A stretch of 63,417 nucleotides of DNA, filler included, from Chiloscyllium plagiosum (lineage: Eukaryota): the NCBI RefSeq assembly GCF_004010195.1. It is 5 parts of one record of this genome, joined end to end, with 100 filler letters (N's around TTAATTAATTAA, not from the genome) between each part and the next. Parts side by side here need not be neighbours in the genome. Positions count along the whole stretch, not along the records: positions 20,885 to 49,504 come from NC_057711.1; 4 more parts are not named here. One strand, 5' to 3'. The notes under the pieces are model-generated. The model searched no databases and had not been told where the DNA came from. It saw nothing but the letters and a program-made list of their open reading frames with translations. This document shows, piece by piece, positions 24,902 through 37,399 of this stretch (the stretch's first letter is position 1; each line of letters starts with the position of its first letter). A program made the translations under genes and the position numbers.

Positions 24902-25762
24902 CATAGAATATAGAACATAGAACAATACAGCACAGAACAGGCCCTTCGGCCCACGATGTTGTGCCGAACATTTGTCCTAGCTTAAGCACCTATCCATGTA
25001 CCTATGCAATTGCCACTTAAAGGTCACCAATGATTCTGACTCTGCCACTCCCACAGGCAGCGCATTCCATGCCCCCACCACTCTCTGGGTAAAGAACCTA
25101 CCCCTGACATCCCCCCTATACCTTCCACCCTTCACCTTAAATTTATGTCCCCTTGTAACACTCTGTTGTACCCGGGGAAAAAGTCTCTGACTGTCTACTC
25201 TATCTATTCCCCTGATCACCTTATAAACCTCTATCAAGTCACCCCTCATCCTTCGCCGTTCCAATGAGAAAAGGCTTAGCACTCTCAACCTATCCTCGTA
25301 CGACCTATTCTCCATTCCAGGCAACATCCTCTGCACCCTCTTCAAAGCTTCCACATCTTTCCTAAAATGAGGCGACCAGAACTGCACACAGTACTCCAAA
25401 TGTGGCCTTACCAAGGTCCTATACAGCTGCAACATCACCTCACGACTCTTGAATTCCATTCCTCTGCCAACGAACGCTAATACACCATAGGCCTTCTTAC
25501 AAGCTCTATCCACCTGAGTGGCAACTTTCAAAGATCTATGAACATAGACCCCAAGATCCGTCTGCTCCTCCACCTTACTAAGAACCCTACCATTAACCCT
25601 GTATTCCGCATTCTTATTTGTCCTTCCAAAATGGACAACCTCACACTTGACAGGGTTGAACTCCATCTGCCACTCCTCAGCCCAGCTCTGCATCATATCT
25701 AAGTTCCTTTGCAGCCGACAACAGCCCTCCTCACTATCCACAACTCCACCAATCTTCGTATC
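24902..25762 (-). mobile_element. CR1 LINE 3' fragment, young
   Basis: ORF 24977-25789 (DTKIGGVVD...RPHLEYCVQFWSP...WNALP); ATAGAAC tandem tail. Confidence 0.92.
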
Positions 25763-25934
25763 CTCAGGAGCTATGTCACAATGAAACAAAATAAACTTCT
25801 AACAACCAAAAAGAGGCAAATCTGTGAAAACTATATGCAGTGCACTCAAACATTTGAATTGCAAATGGTTAATCTCTTGTTAAAAGCAAACTTCTCTTCA
25901 AGCTCCACTCCTCATTTGAAGTATTATGTCAGGA

Positions 25935-27475
25935 TAGAGTCATACAGTCATAGAGAAGTACAGCACAGAAACAGACCCTTTGGTCCCAACTCGTCCATGC
26001 CGACCAGATATCCTAACCTAATCTAGTCCCATTTGCCAGCAATTGGCCCATATCCTCCTAAACCCTTCCTATTCATATACTCATCCAGATGTCTTTTAAA
26101 TACTGCAATTGTACCAGCCTCCACGACTTCCTCTGGCAGCTCATTCCATACACGCACCACCCTCTGCATGAAAAAGTTGTCCCTCAGGTCCCTTTTATAT
26201 CTTTCCCCTCTCACCCTAAACCTATGCCCTCTAGTTCTGGATTTCCCCACCCTGGGAAAAAGACTTTGTCTATTTACCCTATCCATGCCACTCATGATTT
26301 TATAAATAAAAATCATGACTCTATAAGGTCACCCCTCAGCCTCTGATACTTCAGGGAAAATAGCCCCAGCCTGTTCAGCCTCTCACTGTAGCTCAAATCT
26401 TCCAACCCTGGCAACATCCTTGTAAATCTTTTCTGAACCCTTTCAAGTTTCACAACATCTTTCCGATAGGAAGGAGACCAGAATTGCACGCAATATTCCA
26501 AAAGTGGCCTAACCAATGTCCTGTATAGCTGCAACATGACCTCCCAACTCCTATACCCAATGCTCTGATCAAAAAAGGAAAGCACACCAAACACCTTTTT
26601 CACTATCCTATCTACATGTGACTCTATTTTCAAGGAATTATGAACCTGCACTCCAATGTCTCTTTGTTCAGCAACATTCCTTAGGACCTTACCATTAAAT
26701 GTATAACTCCTGCTCTGATTTGCTTTTCCAAAATGTAGCACCTCCTCAGCTCATTGGCCCATCTGATCAAGATCCTGTTGTACTCTGAGGCAACCTTCTT
26801 CGCACTACACATCCAACTTTGATGCCATCTGCAAACTTACTAACTGTATCTCCTATGTGCACATCCAAATCATTTATATAAATGATGAAAAGTAGTGGAC
26901 CCAGCACCGATCCCTGTGGCACTCCATTAGTCACAGGCCTCCAGTGTGTAAAGCAACCATCTGCCTTCTACTTTCAAGCTCGTTCTGTGCCCAAATGGCT
27001 AGTTGTCCCTGTATTCCATGAGATCTAATCTTGGTAACCAGTCTTCCATGAGGAACCTTCTTGAACACCTTACTGAAGTCCACATAGATCATATCTGCTG
27101 CTTTGCCCTCATCAATCCTCTTTGTTACGTCTTCAAAAAACTCAATCATTAGTGAGACATGATTTCCCACACAAAAAGCCATGCTGACTATCCCGGATCA
27201 GTCCTTTGCCTTTCCAAATACATGTACATCCTGTTCCTCAGGATTCCCTTCACCAAATTTCCCACCACCAATGTCAGGCTCACTGGTGTATAGTTACCTG
27301 GCTTTTTCATACCACCCTTCTTAAACAGTGGCACCATGTTATCCATCCTCCAGACTTCCAGCACCTCACCTGTGACTATCGATGATAGAAATATCTCAGT
27401 AAAGGGCCCAGCAATCACTTCCCTAGCTTCCTACAGAGTTCGAGGGTACACCTGATCAGGTCCTGTGGATTTGGA
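25935..27475 (-). mobile_element. CR1 LINE RT/3' fragment
   Basis: ORFs 27188-27418 (GNYTPVSLT), 26931-27182 (VDFSKVF), 26313-26741 and 26023-26316. Confidence 0.9.
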
Positions 27476-27812
27476 CCATACTTATATCTTATTTTGTCTC
27501 ATAGCATCTAAAAGAAAACAGTGCTTAGTCGCCTAATTCAGCTACTGATAAATTTTTTGGATTAAGTAGTCATTATTTAATGATGACTCATACATTAATA
27601 AATTAAAAGTTGAAAATATTAATTACCTGCAATACTTTTTGAATTTTCTGATTTGTAAGCATTGAATTGCATGTAACTCAAATTGTAGTCGATTCCTAAT
27701 TCACAATACATAGGCGGCAATGTTGTTAGGGGGATGGGGAGCAAACAGAAGCATGTGATACCAGGAAAAATAGAGAAATCCCAGTTCATGGTGGCCCTGT
27801 CCAAGTTAAAGT

Positions 27813-28307
27813 AATAGACAATAGACAATAGACAATAGGTGCAGGAGTAGGCCATTCTGCCCTTCGAGCCTGCACCACCATTCATTATGATCATGGCTGA
27901 TCATCCTTAATCAGTATCCTGTTCCTACCTTATTTCCATAACCCTTGATTCCACTATCCTTGAGAGCTCTATCCAACTCTTTCTCAAACGAATCTAGAGA
28001 CTGGGCCTCCACTGCCTTCTGGGGCAGAGCATTCCAGACACCCACCACTCTCTGGATGAAGAAGTTTCTCCTCATCGCTGTCCTAAATTGCCTACCCCTT
28101 ATTTTTAAGCTGTGTCCTCTGGTTCGGGACTCACCCATCAGCGGAAACATGTTTCCTGCCTCCAGAGTATCCAATCATTTAATAATCTTATATGTCTCAA
28201 TCAGATCCCCTCTCAGTCTTCTAAACTCAAGGGTATACAAGCCCAGTCACTCCAATCTTTCAACATACAATAGTCCCGCCATTCCAGGAATTGACCTCGT
28301 GAACCTA
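27813..28307 (-). mobile_element. CR1 3' end (same subfamily as 2706-5340), runs into N gap 28308-29210
   Basis: Near-identical to about 2706-3190; (ACAATAG)3 tail. Confidence 0.9.
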
Positions 28308-29210
28308 NNNNNNNNNNNNNNNNNNNNNNNNNNNNNNNNNNNNNNNNNNNNNNNNNNNNNNNNNNNNNNNNNNNNNNNNNNNNNNNNNNNNNNNNNNNNN
28401 NNNNNNNNNNNNNNNNNNNNNNNNNNNNNNNNNNNNNNNNNNNNNNNNNNNNNNNNNNNNNNNNNNNNNNNNNNNNNNNNNNNNNNNNNNNNNNNNNNNN
28501 NNNNNNNNNNNNNNNNNNNNNNNNNNNNNNNNNNNNNNNNNNNNNNNNNNNNNNNNNNNNNNNNNNNNNNNNNNNNNNNNNNNNNNNNNNNNNNNNNNNN
28601 NNNNNNNNNNNNNNNNNNNNNNNNNNNNNNNNNNNNNNNNNNNNNNNNNNNNNNNNNNNNNNNNNNNNNNNNNNNNNNNNNNNNNNNNNNNNNNNNNNNN
28701 NNNNNNNNNNNNNNNNNNNNNNNNNNNNNNNNNNNNNNNNNNNNNNNNNNNNNNNNNNNNNNNNNNNNNNNNNNNNNNNNNNNNNNNNNNNNNNNNNNNN
28801 NNNNNNNNNNNNNNNNNNNNNNNNNNNNNNNNNNNNNNNNNNNNNNNNNNNNNNNNNNNNNNNNNNNNNNNNNNNNNNNNNNNNNNNNNNNNNNNNNNNN
28901 NNNNNNNNNNNNNNNNNNNNNNNNNNNNNNNNNNNNNNNNNNNNNNNNNNNNNNNNNNNNNNNNNNNNNNNNNNNNNNNNNNNNNNNNNNNNNNNNNNNN
29001 NNNNNNNNNNNNNNNNNNNNNNNNNNNNNNNNNNNNNNNNNNNNNNNNNNNNNNNNNNNNNNNNNNNNNNNNNNNNNNNNNNNNNNNNNNNNNNNNNNNN
29101 NNNNNNNNNNNNNNNNNNNNNNNNNNNNNNNNNNNNNNNNNNNNNNNNNNNNNNNNNNNNNNNNNNNNNNNNNNNNNNNNNNNNNNNNNNNNNNNNNNNN
29201 NNNNNNNNNN

Positions 29211-29356
29211 GCTCTCTGCCTGTATTTCTGATGAAGGGCTTTTGCCCGAAACGTCGATTTTACTGTTCCTCGGATGCTGCCTGAACTGCTGTGCTTTTCC
29301 AGCACCACTCTAATCTAGAGTCTGATTTCCAGCATCTGCAGTCATTGTTTTTACCC
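29211..29356 (+). mobile_element. PLE terminal repeat with intact hammerhead core
   Basis: CTGATGA-AGGGCTTTTGCCC-GAAACGTC at about 29228-29255, followed by the family tail ending CAGCATCTGCAGTCATTGTTTTTACC. Confidence 0.85.
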
Positions 29357-30264
29357 AGGGTGACTGACTGCCAAGTGAGAAAGTCAGAAATAGAAGGCCA
29401 CAGTTGGGGAACACGAGAAACATACCATAACAACAGGAAAAAAAGGTCAGGATGTGGTAAATCAACTGGATTGACAACCAGAAGGGAGGAAACAAAAAAG
29501 AGAAATCATGGATTTGGAGGCATGTCCAACAGACCATTGCAAAGATTTACCCAATGTTCCAAGTGAGCCATTATCCTCCTACTAGCTTAAAAGTAATGCC
29601 TTTGGAGGGTAAGTGAGGGTATGGTTTGAATTATTTGAGGCCCCATTGTCTTATAGACTTTATTCTCTCTTCACAGCATTCAATTATTTCTTAGGTAGTC
29701 CCAGCTATCTTGACTCCTAGAGTCATAGAACTAGATATTTGTGGAGAAAGAACAAACTGGGAAGCTTCCTGATTCACCAGAACAAATAGAAAAGACCCCT
29801 GCCCAGTGTATTTTCATTCTGAGCAGTTGGAAAGTTGGTTGGAGACAGGTCTGCCATCTCTAGAGTCAGGCTTAGTATAACAATGAAATAAGGGGAGGAG
29901 GTGTCATTTGACCAGGCTTGAAGGCGAGAACATTAGCCTCTGTTCTTGGTTCACTTTTATGGTGAGTTTGAAACCCTCGAATCCTCATCACCTCACTCAC
30001 CTAGCAAACCCTTACATCCCATGCCCTTTAACATTTCCCAAGCCCTCCATGGTCCCTCATATCCCATGGCTTTGCATGCTGTCCATTTATTCTCCATAGT
30101 GACTCACTAGTAAGCACTATGGGCAAACTTCATGAATTTTATCCTTTGAAACTTCCACTCAAGAACACCAGATACTGAAAATAAACTCTCATGCATAAAA
30201 TTTATTCTAGCCTATACCTGGATATTTCAGGAATTTTATCTTGTGACACTGAAGAAATGAAGAC

Positions 30265-30780
30265 GTATTACCAAGTTAGAATAGAGGGTGGCTTGGACAG
30301 GAACTTGTAGATGATGATGTTCTTGTGTATCTGCTGCCCTAGTCCTTCTAGATAGTCATGGTCATCAGTTTGAACGTTATATTTCAGGACCCAGGGTAAA
30401 TTTCTGCAGTGTATTGTTTTGAGGATACACATGTTTGCTACTGAATCTTGGTGGTGGAGGGAGTGGATGTAATGCCAATCTAGTGGTTGCTTTATCCTAG
30501 CCGGTGGCAAGGTTCTTCAATGTTGTTAGAATTACATTCATCCAAGCAAGTGGGGGAGGGTTCAATCGCAGTCCTAACTTATGCCTTGTAGATGGTGGAA
30601 AATATTTGGGGCGACAGAAAATGTGTTAATCAATTCAGGATTCCTAACCTCTAACCTGCCCTTGCTTGTACAGTATTTATGTGGCTAGTTCCTGTTAAGT
30701 TTCAATGGAAATTCCCAGGATATTGATAGTAGACAATTGAACAATGTTAATGCCATTGAATGTCAAGTGGCATGAATACA
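30265..30780 (-). mobile_element. Fragment of the second LINE family
   Basis: Aligns with about 9780-10290. Confidence 0.7.
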
Positions 30781-31107
30781 TCAATCAGGGCTCTGAAAAG
30801 AGCATCTACCAATGTCTGTCACTTGCCTTAGATATACTCAATCTCATTGGCGAATCTTAAAATTCTGAGGCAAAAGCATTGTACGTGATGAGGCACTTCT
30901 GTGAACTTTTTTCTCGTCCAGCAGGGAGATACAATCAGTTTCATTCATGACTTAATGGCCCAAAAATATGATCAGAACATTTTTCACAGGCCCATGTAAT
31001 CGCTAAAGCCTCTTCCTCAATGATTACATATCTAGTTTCCAGAGTGAATACTGCCCTTAAGTATAATATATGAGTTTTCAATGTTTCCAGTTTCTCCTGA
31101 GAAATGT

Positions 31108-31450
31108 TGGCACGGTGGCACATAGGTTAACACTGCTGCCTCATAGTGCCAGAGTCCTGGATTTCAAATCTAATCTCAGGTGACTGTCTGGCTGGAGTTT
31201 GCAACTTCTCCCCATGTCTGTGTGGGTTTCTGCTGGGTGCTCCAATTTTATCCCAAAGCTGTACAAGTTTGTGGATTGGCGATGCTAAATTTCCCTGTAG
31301 TGTCCAGGGCTGTGAAGATTTGACGGATTAGTGATGGTAAAATGTGGGATAATAGAAAATGGAAGGAGATGGGTCTGGATGAGAAGCTCTTGGAGGATTG
31401 ATGCACATTTGATGGGCTGGATGGCTTCTATCTGCCCCGTTGGAATTGTA
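31108..31450 (+). mobile_element. HE1-like V-SINE (diverged)
   Basis: GGCACGGTGGCACATAGGTTAACACTGCTGCCTCA head and V core. Confidence 0.75.
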
Positions 31451-31606
31451 TGAGAAAGATCCAAATCACTATCTGTGGCCGAGATATTTGCAGCAATAAT
31501 CATGTGTTGGATTGTAACGGGTTAAGACATAAGTGGAAGTTAGTAAGTTCTTAACATTTTTGAAGGCTATCTATTTCTATGTTACAGCTGTGACTTCTAC
31601 AAGAGA

Positions 31607-34600
31607 CTTATAGAGTCATAGAGCTGTACAGCATGAAAACATACCCTTCTATCCAACTCATCCATGCCAAACATACAATTAATCCAGTCTCATTTGCCAG
31701 CATTGGCCCATATCCCTCTAAACCATTCCTGTTCACATACCCATCCAGATGCCTTTTAAATGTTGTAATTGTACCAGCCTCCACCACTTCTTCTGGAAGC
31801 TCATTCCATACACGGATCATGAAAAGAAATCGCCACTTAGGTCTCTTTCAAATCTTTCTCTTCTCATCTTAAACCTACACCTTCCTGTTTTGGATTCCCA
31901 TAACCTCGGTAAAAGACCTCGGCTATTCATCTTATCCATGCCCCTCATGATTTAATAAACCTCTATAATGTCATCCCTCAGCCTCTGAAGTTTCAGAGAA
32001 CATAGCCCCAGCCTGTTCAGCCTTTCCCTGAATCACAAACATTCCAACTTTGGCAACAGCCTTGTAAGTCTTTTCTGAACGCTTTCAATTTACACAACAT
32101 CCTTCCTGTAGCAGGGAGAATTGCATGCAGAATTCCAAAAGTGACCTAACCAATGTCATAGAGTCATAGCACAGAATCAGGTCCCCTGGTCCAAACTGCT
32201 CCATGCCAACCAACGTGTCTATCCATGCTAATCCCATTACCCTGCATTTGGTCCCTATCCTTCTAATCCTTTCCTATCCATGTATTTGTCCAAAGGTCTT
32301 TTAAATGTTGTTAATGTACCTGCCCCAATCATTTCCGCTGGCAGCTTATTCCACATGCGTACCACACTCTGCATAAAAAATTGCCCCTCAGGCTCCCTTT
32401 TATTCTTTCTCCTCTAACCTTAAACTGATGCCCTCTAGTCCTCAATTCAGCAACCCTCGGAAGTAGACTGAGTGCATTTACCCTATCCATGCGTCTCATG
32501 ATCTTATACATCTCTATAAAATCCACCCCCTCAGTCTCCTACTCTCTAAAGAAACAAGTCTAAGCTTGTCCAACCTCCCCTGTAACTCTCAGGCCATTCA
32601 GCCCTGGCAACATCCTTGTAAAGTTTTTTTGCACTCTTTCCAGTTTAACAACATCCTTTCTATACCAAGGTAACGAAAACTGAACACAACACTCCAACTG
32701 TGGTCTCACCAACATCCTGTATAACTGCAACATAACTTTCCAACTTGTATACTCCATGCACTGACGGATGAAGGCCACTGTGTTGTTCACTGGGTCTACC
32801 TGTGATTCCACTTCTAGAGAACCATAAACCTGAACTCCAATATCCCTCTGCTTCACTACACTCCTTAAGGCCCTATCATTCACCATGAAACTCCTACCTT
32901 GATTTGACTTTTCAAAATGCAATATCTCCTACATATCTATATTAAACTCCATTTGCCATTTTTCAAACCACTTCCCCAGTTGATCAAGGTCCTGCTGCAA
33001 TTTCTGTTAACCTTCCTCACGTTCCACGATACCTCCTATTTTAATGCCATTTTCAAACTTATTAATCATGCCTTGTACATTCTTATCCAAATCATTGATA
33101 TTGAAAACAAATAGCAATGGGCCCAGCACTGACCCCTGAGGCACTCCACTAGTCACAAGTCTCCAGTCCCACAAGCATCCTTCCACTATTATCCTCTGCT
33201 TCCTACCATTAAGCAAATTGCGTATCCAATTTGCCAGTTTGCCCTGGATTCCAAATGATCTAACCTTCTAAAGCATCCTACCATATGGAATGTTGTCAAA
33301 GGCCTCACTTAAATCCATATAGACTATGTTTACAGCCCTGCACTCTTTAACCTTCCTGGTCACTTCATCAAAGGACTTGAAAAAATTTGTGATGCATCTC
33401 TTCCATACACAAAGCCATGCTGACTACCCCTAAACAAAGCCTGTCTTTCCAAATGCATGTATATCTTATCCTCAGAATCTTCTCAAGTAACTTACCCACT
33501 AGAGATGTTACTTATCTATAGTTCCTTGGTTTTCTTTGCAACTCATCTTGAATAATGGCACAACTTTCACTACCCTCAAGTTTTCTGGGACCCTACCTGA
33601 TGATGCCAGGGCCCCTTCAATTTCTTCTCTAGCATCTTGCAGTGTTCTTGGATATATCTGGTCAGGACCAGGAGATTTATTCACCTTTATATGTCCTAAT
33701 ACATCCAGCACCTTCTCTATTGTGATATGAACTGTCCCCAAGCTATCACCACTCCTTTCCCCTAGTTCCCTAGTCTTCATGTCTTTCTCCATGGTAAATA
33801 CTCATTGTGAATCTCACCTATTTACTGCAGTTCTACACATACATGTCCATTTTGTTCCTTGAGGGGCCCTTTTTTTTCTCTAGAGTTATTCTTTTTACTT
33901 TAATATACTTAAAGAACCTCTTTGGATTCACCCTAATCTTCTCAGCCAAGGTGGTCTCATGTTCCCTTTTCACCGTCCTGATTTCCTTCTTCAGCAAACT
34001 CCTGAATCCCCTCTATACCTCCAGGGATTCCCTTGATCCAAGCTGCCTTTACCTGAGCCGCACTTCAATTATTTTTTCTGATCAGAGCCTCAAATTCTCT
34101 TGTCATCCAGGGTTCCCTATTCCTGCCAACCTTGCCCTTCACCCTCACAGGAACATATAGACTTTGAGCACTAGCTATCTCACTTGCCAGAGATCCCTTT
34201 ACCTGCAAACAAACTACTCCAATCAATCCCTGTAAGCTCCTGTCTAATTTCATCAAAATTCATCTTGCCCTAGTTTAGAACTTGAGATTGTGGACCAGTT
34301 TTGTCTCTCTCTATAACTATTTTAAAATTAATAGAATTATGGTCACTGGACCCAAAGTGGTCCCCCTGTGTCACCTCCATCACCTGTACTGCTCTATTTC
34401 CCAAAAGTAGGTTGGGTTTTGTCCCTTCCCGTGTAGGACCTCCTATGTACTTTCCTGAACACACTCAACAAATTCTACCCCATCTAAGCCCTTAATGCTC
34501 TGGCAGTCGCAATCTGTGTTAGGAGAACTAAAATCCCCTACTATGACAACCTTATTGCTTCTAAAAGTCTCCCCAGTCTCCTTGCATATTTGTTCCTGTA

Positions 34601-34960
34601 CTGCCTTAACATGACCTCCAAAGCCTATATCCAATGCATTGATCAATAAAGGCAAACTTACCAAACACCTTCTTCACTTTTCTGTCGACCTGGGACTCCA
34701 CTTTCAAGGAACAATGAACTGTACTCTAAGGTCTGTTTGTTCAGCAACACTCCCCAGGACATTACCATGAAGTGTAGAAATCCAGCCCTGATTTGCCCTT
34801 CCAAAATAAAGTACTTCATATTTATCGAAATTAAATGCTATTTCCCACTGCTCAGCCCATTGACCCACCTGATCAAGGTTCTTTTGTACTCCAGGGTAAC
34901 CTTCTTTGCTGTCCTTTACACCTTCAATTTTTGTGTCATCTGCAAACTTACTAACCGTAC
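31607..34960 (-). mobile_element. Nested CR1 LINEs: outer copy (31607-32157 and 34595-34960) interrupted by inner copy (~32155-34595)
   Basis: The outer copy breaks at CCAATGTC and resumes at CTGTAC (compare intact 7476-7495). The inner copy carries EN (VGDFS, GSSDHNS) and RT ORF fragments. Confidence 0.82.
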
Positions 34961-34963
34961 CTA

Positions 34964-35404
34964 CAGGTAGTTCTTCTATAAACGCAATGGTGACCTACTT
35001 GTGCAACCCTGCATTATAGAGAAATCACACCTTTGTAACAGCAATTAAAGTGTTGGCAACGTAATTGCATTACAGCTAACACATGTTTTAAAAGTTATCG
35101 CTTTAGAAAAGTGTTCCCAATTCGTCAATCGCTTAGCAGCGAATTCACATTCTGGATTAGTGGTGCTGGAAGAGCACAGCAGTTCAGGCAGCATCCAAGG
35201 AGCTTCGAAATCGACATTTCGGGCAAAAGCCCTTCAGCTCGAAACGTCGATTTCGAAGCTCCTTGGATGCTGCCTGAACTGCTGTGCTCTTCCAGCACCA
35301 CTTCCAGCACCACTAATCCAGAATCTGGTTTCCAGCATCTGCAGTCATTGTTTTTACCTAGCGAATTCACATTAACAAAATGCACATTACAGCAGAACAA
35401 TCAG
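34964..35404. mobile_element. Tc1/mariner (Tigger-like) MITE with TA TSD, carrying a nested PLE insertion
   Basis: TA|CAGGTAGTTCTTCTATAA at the left end and TTACAGCAGAACAATCAG|TA at the right end form degenerate TIRs. Confidence 0.6.
35152..35359. mobile_element. Young foldback PLE mini-insertion, 14-bp TSD
   Basis: Perfect TSD AGCGAATTCACATT at 35138-35151 and 35360-35373. Near-perfect inverted arms meet within the hammerhead region. Confidence 0.9.
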
Positions 35405-36971
35405 TATTATGTTCACATCCAAATCATATCAGTTCATTAATAAAGGTGACGTGTGATTGAAAAAAGCTTAACCAATTGACTCACCAAACCCAGAAACCAC
35501 TGTGGATCAAACGTTGACTTTAGAATTGGGTTGCTTTAGGTTTCTGGGGATCGACTTGTATTCCATCCTTGCTGACAATGCAACCTAGGAAATAAATGGA
35601 ATCCCTAGAAATTTACAGTTGTCGTTCAATGTAAGGCATGCTAATTGTAACCATTTCAGGACATTATGCAATCTCCTTTATCTTCTTTCATGGAGCTGGG
35701 TAACTTTAGCCTGTATCAGAAAATCATCTGCCCCCTTTATAATAATAGAATTAATATATTAGAAAGTCTCCAGGGCAGAAGAGATACCAAAGTGTGGTCT
35801 ATTGACACAGTAGCAACTAAGAGGGCTATGGAAGGTTGCGAGGAGTCAAGGCATCCTCATCCAGAGAAACCTACCAAAACCCCATGTTGGCATCCAGATT
35901 CACAAACATTCTCTTGGTGGAAAATTTAGCCAAACTTTCATCAATGTAGTCATAGCATGAATTTGTCTGAAATTACTTTGTTGAACTAAATAAGATTCAG
36001 CAAATTTGAGCAGAGCCATTAGGCTTGGGAACTGTAACCATGCCTAAGTATTGTACAGTAAGTTTAGCAACCAGAGAGATCATACCTATATTGACAATAA
36101 CCTCCAATCGTTTCTTTTCTTTTTCTATTAGTGGATGTTAGATTTTCATGTATGTAGTTTACTGATACTGCATAAACTTTTAAAGAATTTTTAAAAGGAT
36201 TTTCCATAGTCTTCACTTCTCACAGTGTGAGTGAATTTCTGTACTCCGTTGGAGTTTGAAGGCAAAGTATGTTTCTTACATGGTTACTGACAACATGTAC
36301 CTTCTCCTCATGTGTGTCAGCTTTGAATATCAGGATGACATACAACATCATTTAAACTGTTGGAATGGCACCTCTGGCTGCCCATAGCTTCCAGTCGAGT
36401 ACATGTTTGGCTGCTCTAACCATGGCGTATCAATAGAGATAGTTGTGACATTGGCACCTATGTCCACCTTAAACATGGTTAGACAGTTATTTCTCCTGTG
36501 GAAGAGTATTGTAGATTTCTCCTAGATAACCATTCTTCATGTAAAGAATCTTGTTTCCTTGCAGTACTAATGTGTTTTTTAAGGTTTAGTTCCAAGATAA
36601 GAATGTACATATTGAATTGGGAATGATTTGTTGCTTAATATGTTCTTCAATTGTAGCACATCTTCAAGAAGTGATCTCTATTGCTACAATGAGAACATTG
36701 TTGGATGGAGGAACCTTGCTGATGTGGGATTTTGAAACTTTGATAAAATACTGTAGTATTGGATCATTTAGGATTTCACACTGATGTTGTAAAATGCAAT
36801 ATATCATTCATGTGAGAGATCTGTCTCCTCTGATCAGATTGTTTATTGCCTTTTAAGTAGCCAACCCACTCTACATAATGTTATGCATTAAATTGAACTC
36901 TTGTTGTATAATGGTTTTGAACAGTTTGTTAAACTGAATCCTTGGCTATTCACACTGCTCATTCTAGAGTT

Positions 36972-37331
36972 ATGACGTGGAGGAGCCGGTGTTGGACTGG
37001 AGTGGACAAAGTTAAAAATCACACAACATTAGGTTATAATCCAACAGGTTTATTTGGAAGCACCAACTTTCAAAGCACTGCATCTTCGTTATGTGTTTGT
37101 GGAGCATAAGATCATAAGACACATCCCATTCTAAAAGATGAAAGACTTGATCGAAAACTGTTTAACGTATCATCACATCTCCCTGACACTGTACTCATTT
37201 AGCTATAAAGTCTATATCTTATGATTTTATGCTCCACAACCACCTAATGAAGAAGCAGCGCTTCAAAAGCCAATGCTTCCAAATAAACCTGTTGGACTGT
37301 AACCTGGTGTTGTGTGATTTTTAACTTTGTT
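36972..37331. mobile_element. Foldback PLE terminal-repeat element (another family) with degenerate hammerhead
   Basis: ACAAAGTTAAAAATCACACAAC at the left is inverted to GTTGTGTGATTTTTAACTTTGT at the right; core CCTAATGA-AGAAGCAGCGCTTC-AAAAGC at about 37243-37270. Confidence 0.7.
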
Positions 37332-37399
37332 CATCACAAATTAACTTTTACTGTACATTTCCATAGTTATATAATGCAGATAGGTAAATTTGTCATAAT

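Larger units (their letters stand above)
30780..36760 (-). mobile_element. Ancient Ty3/Gypsy LTR retrotransposon relic (gag CCHC-PR-RT-RH), split by nested insertions
   Basis: Minus-strand motifs: CSHCSNRDHFLKMC zinc knuckle (36656-36697), FKVDIGANVT protease (~36460), MVTVPKPNGS, DANMGFW and FGISSA RT motifs (35770-36045), FLGCIVSKDGIQVDPQK (~35560), and RNase H ETRYVIIEEEALAITWACEK (30941-31123). Confidence 0.75.

Noticed and set aside
27945..29308. Long ORFs of 428 and 353 aa (and the 214-296 aa ORFs at 44124-45027)
   Set aside because: Their length comes from read-through of N gaps.
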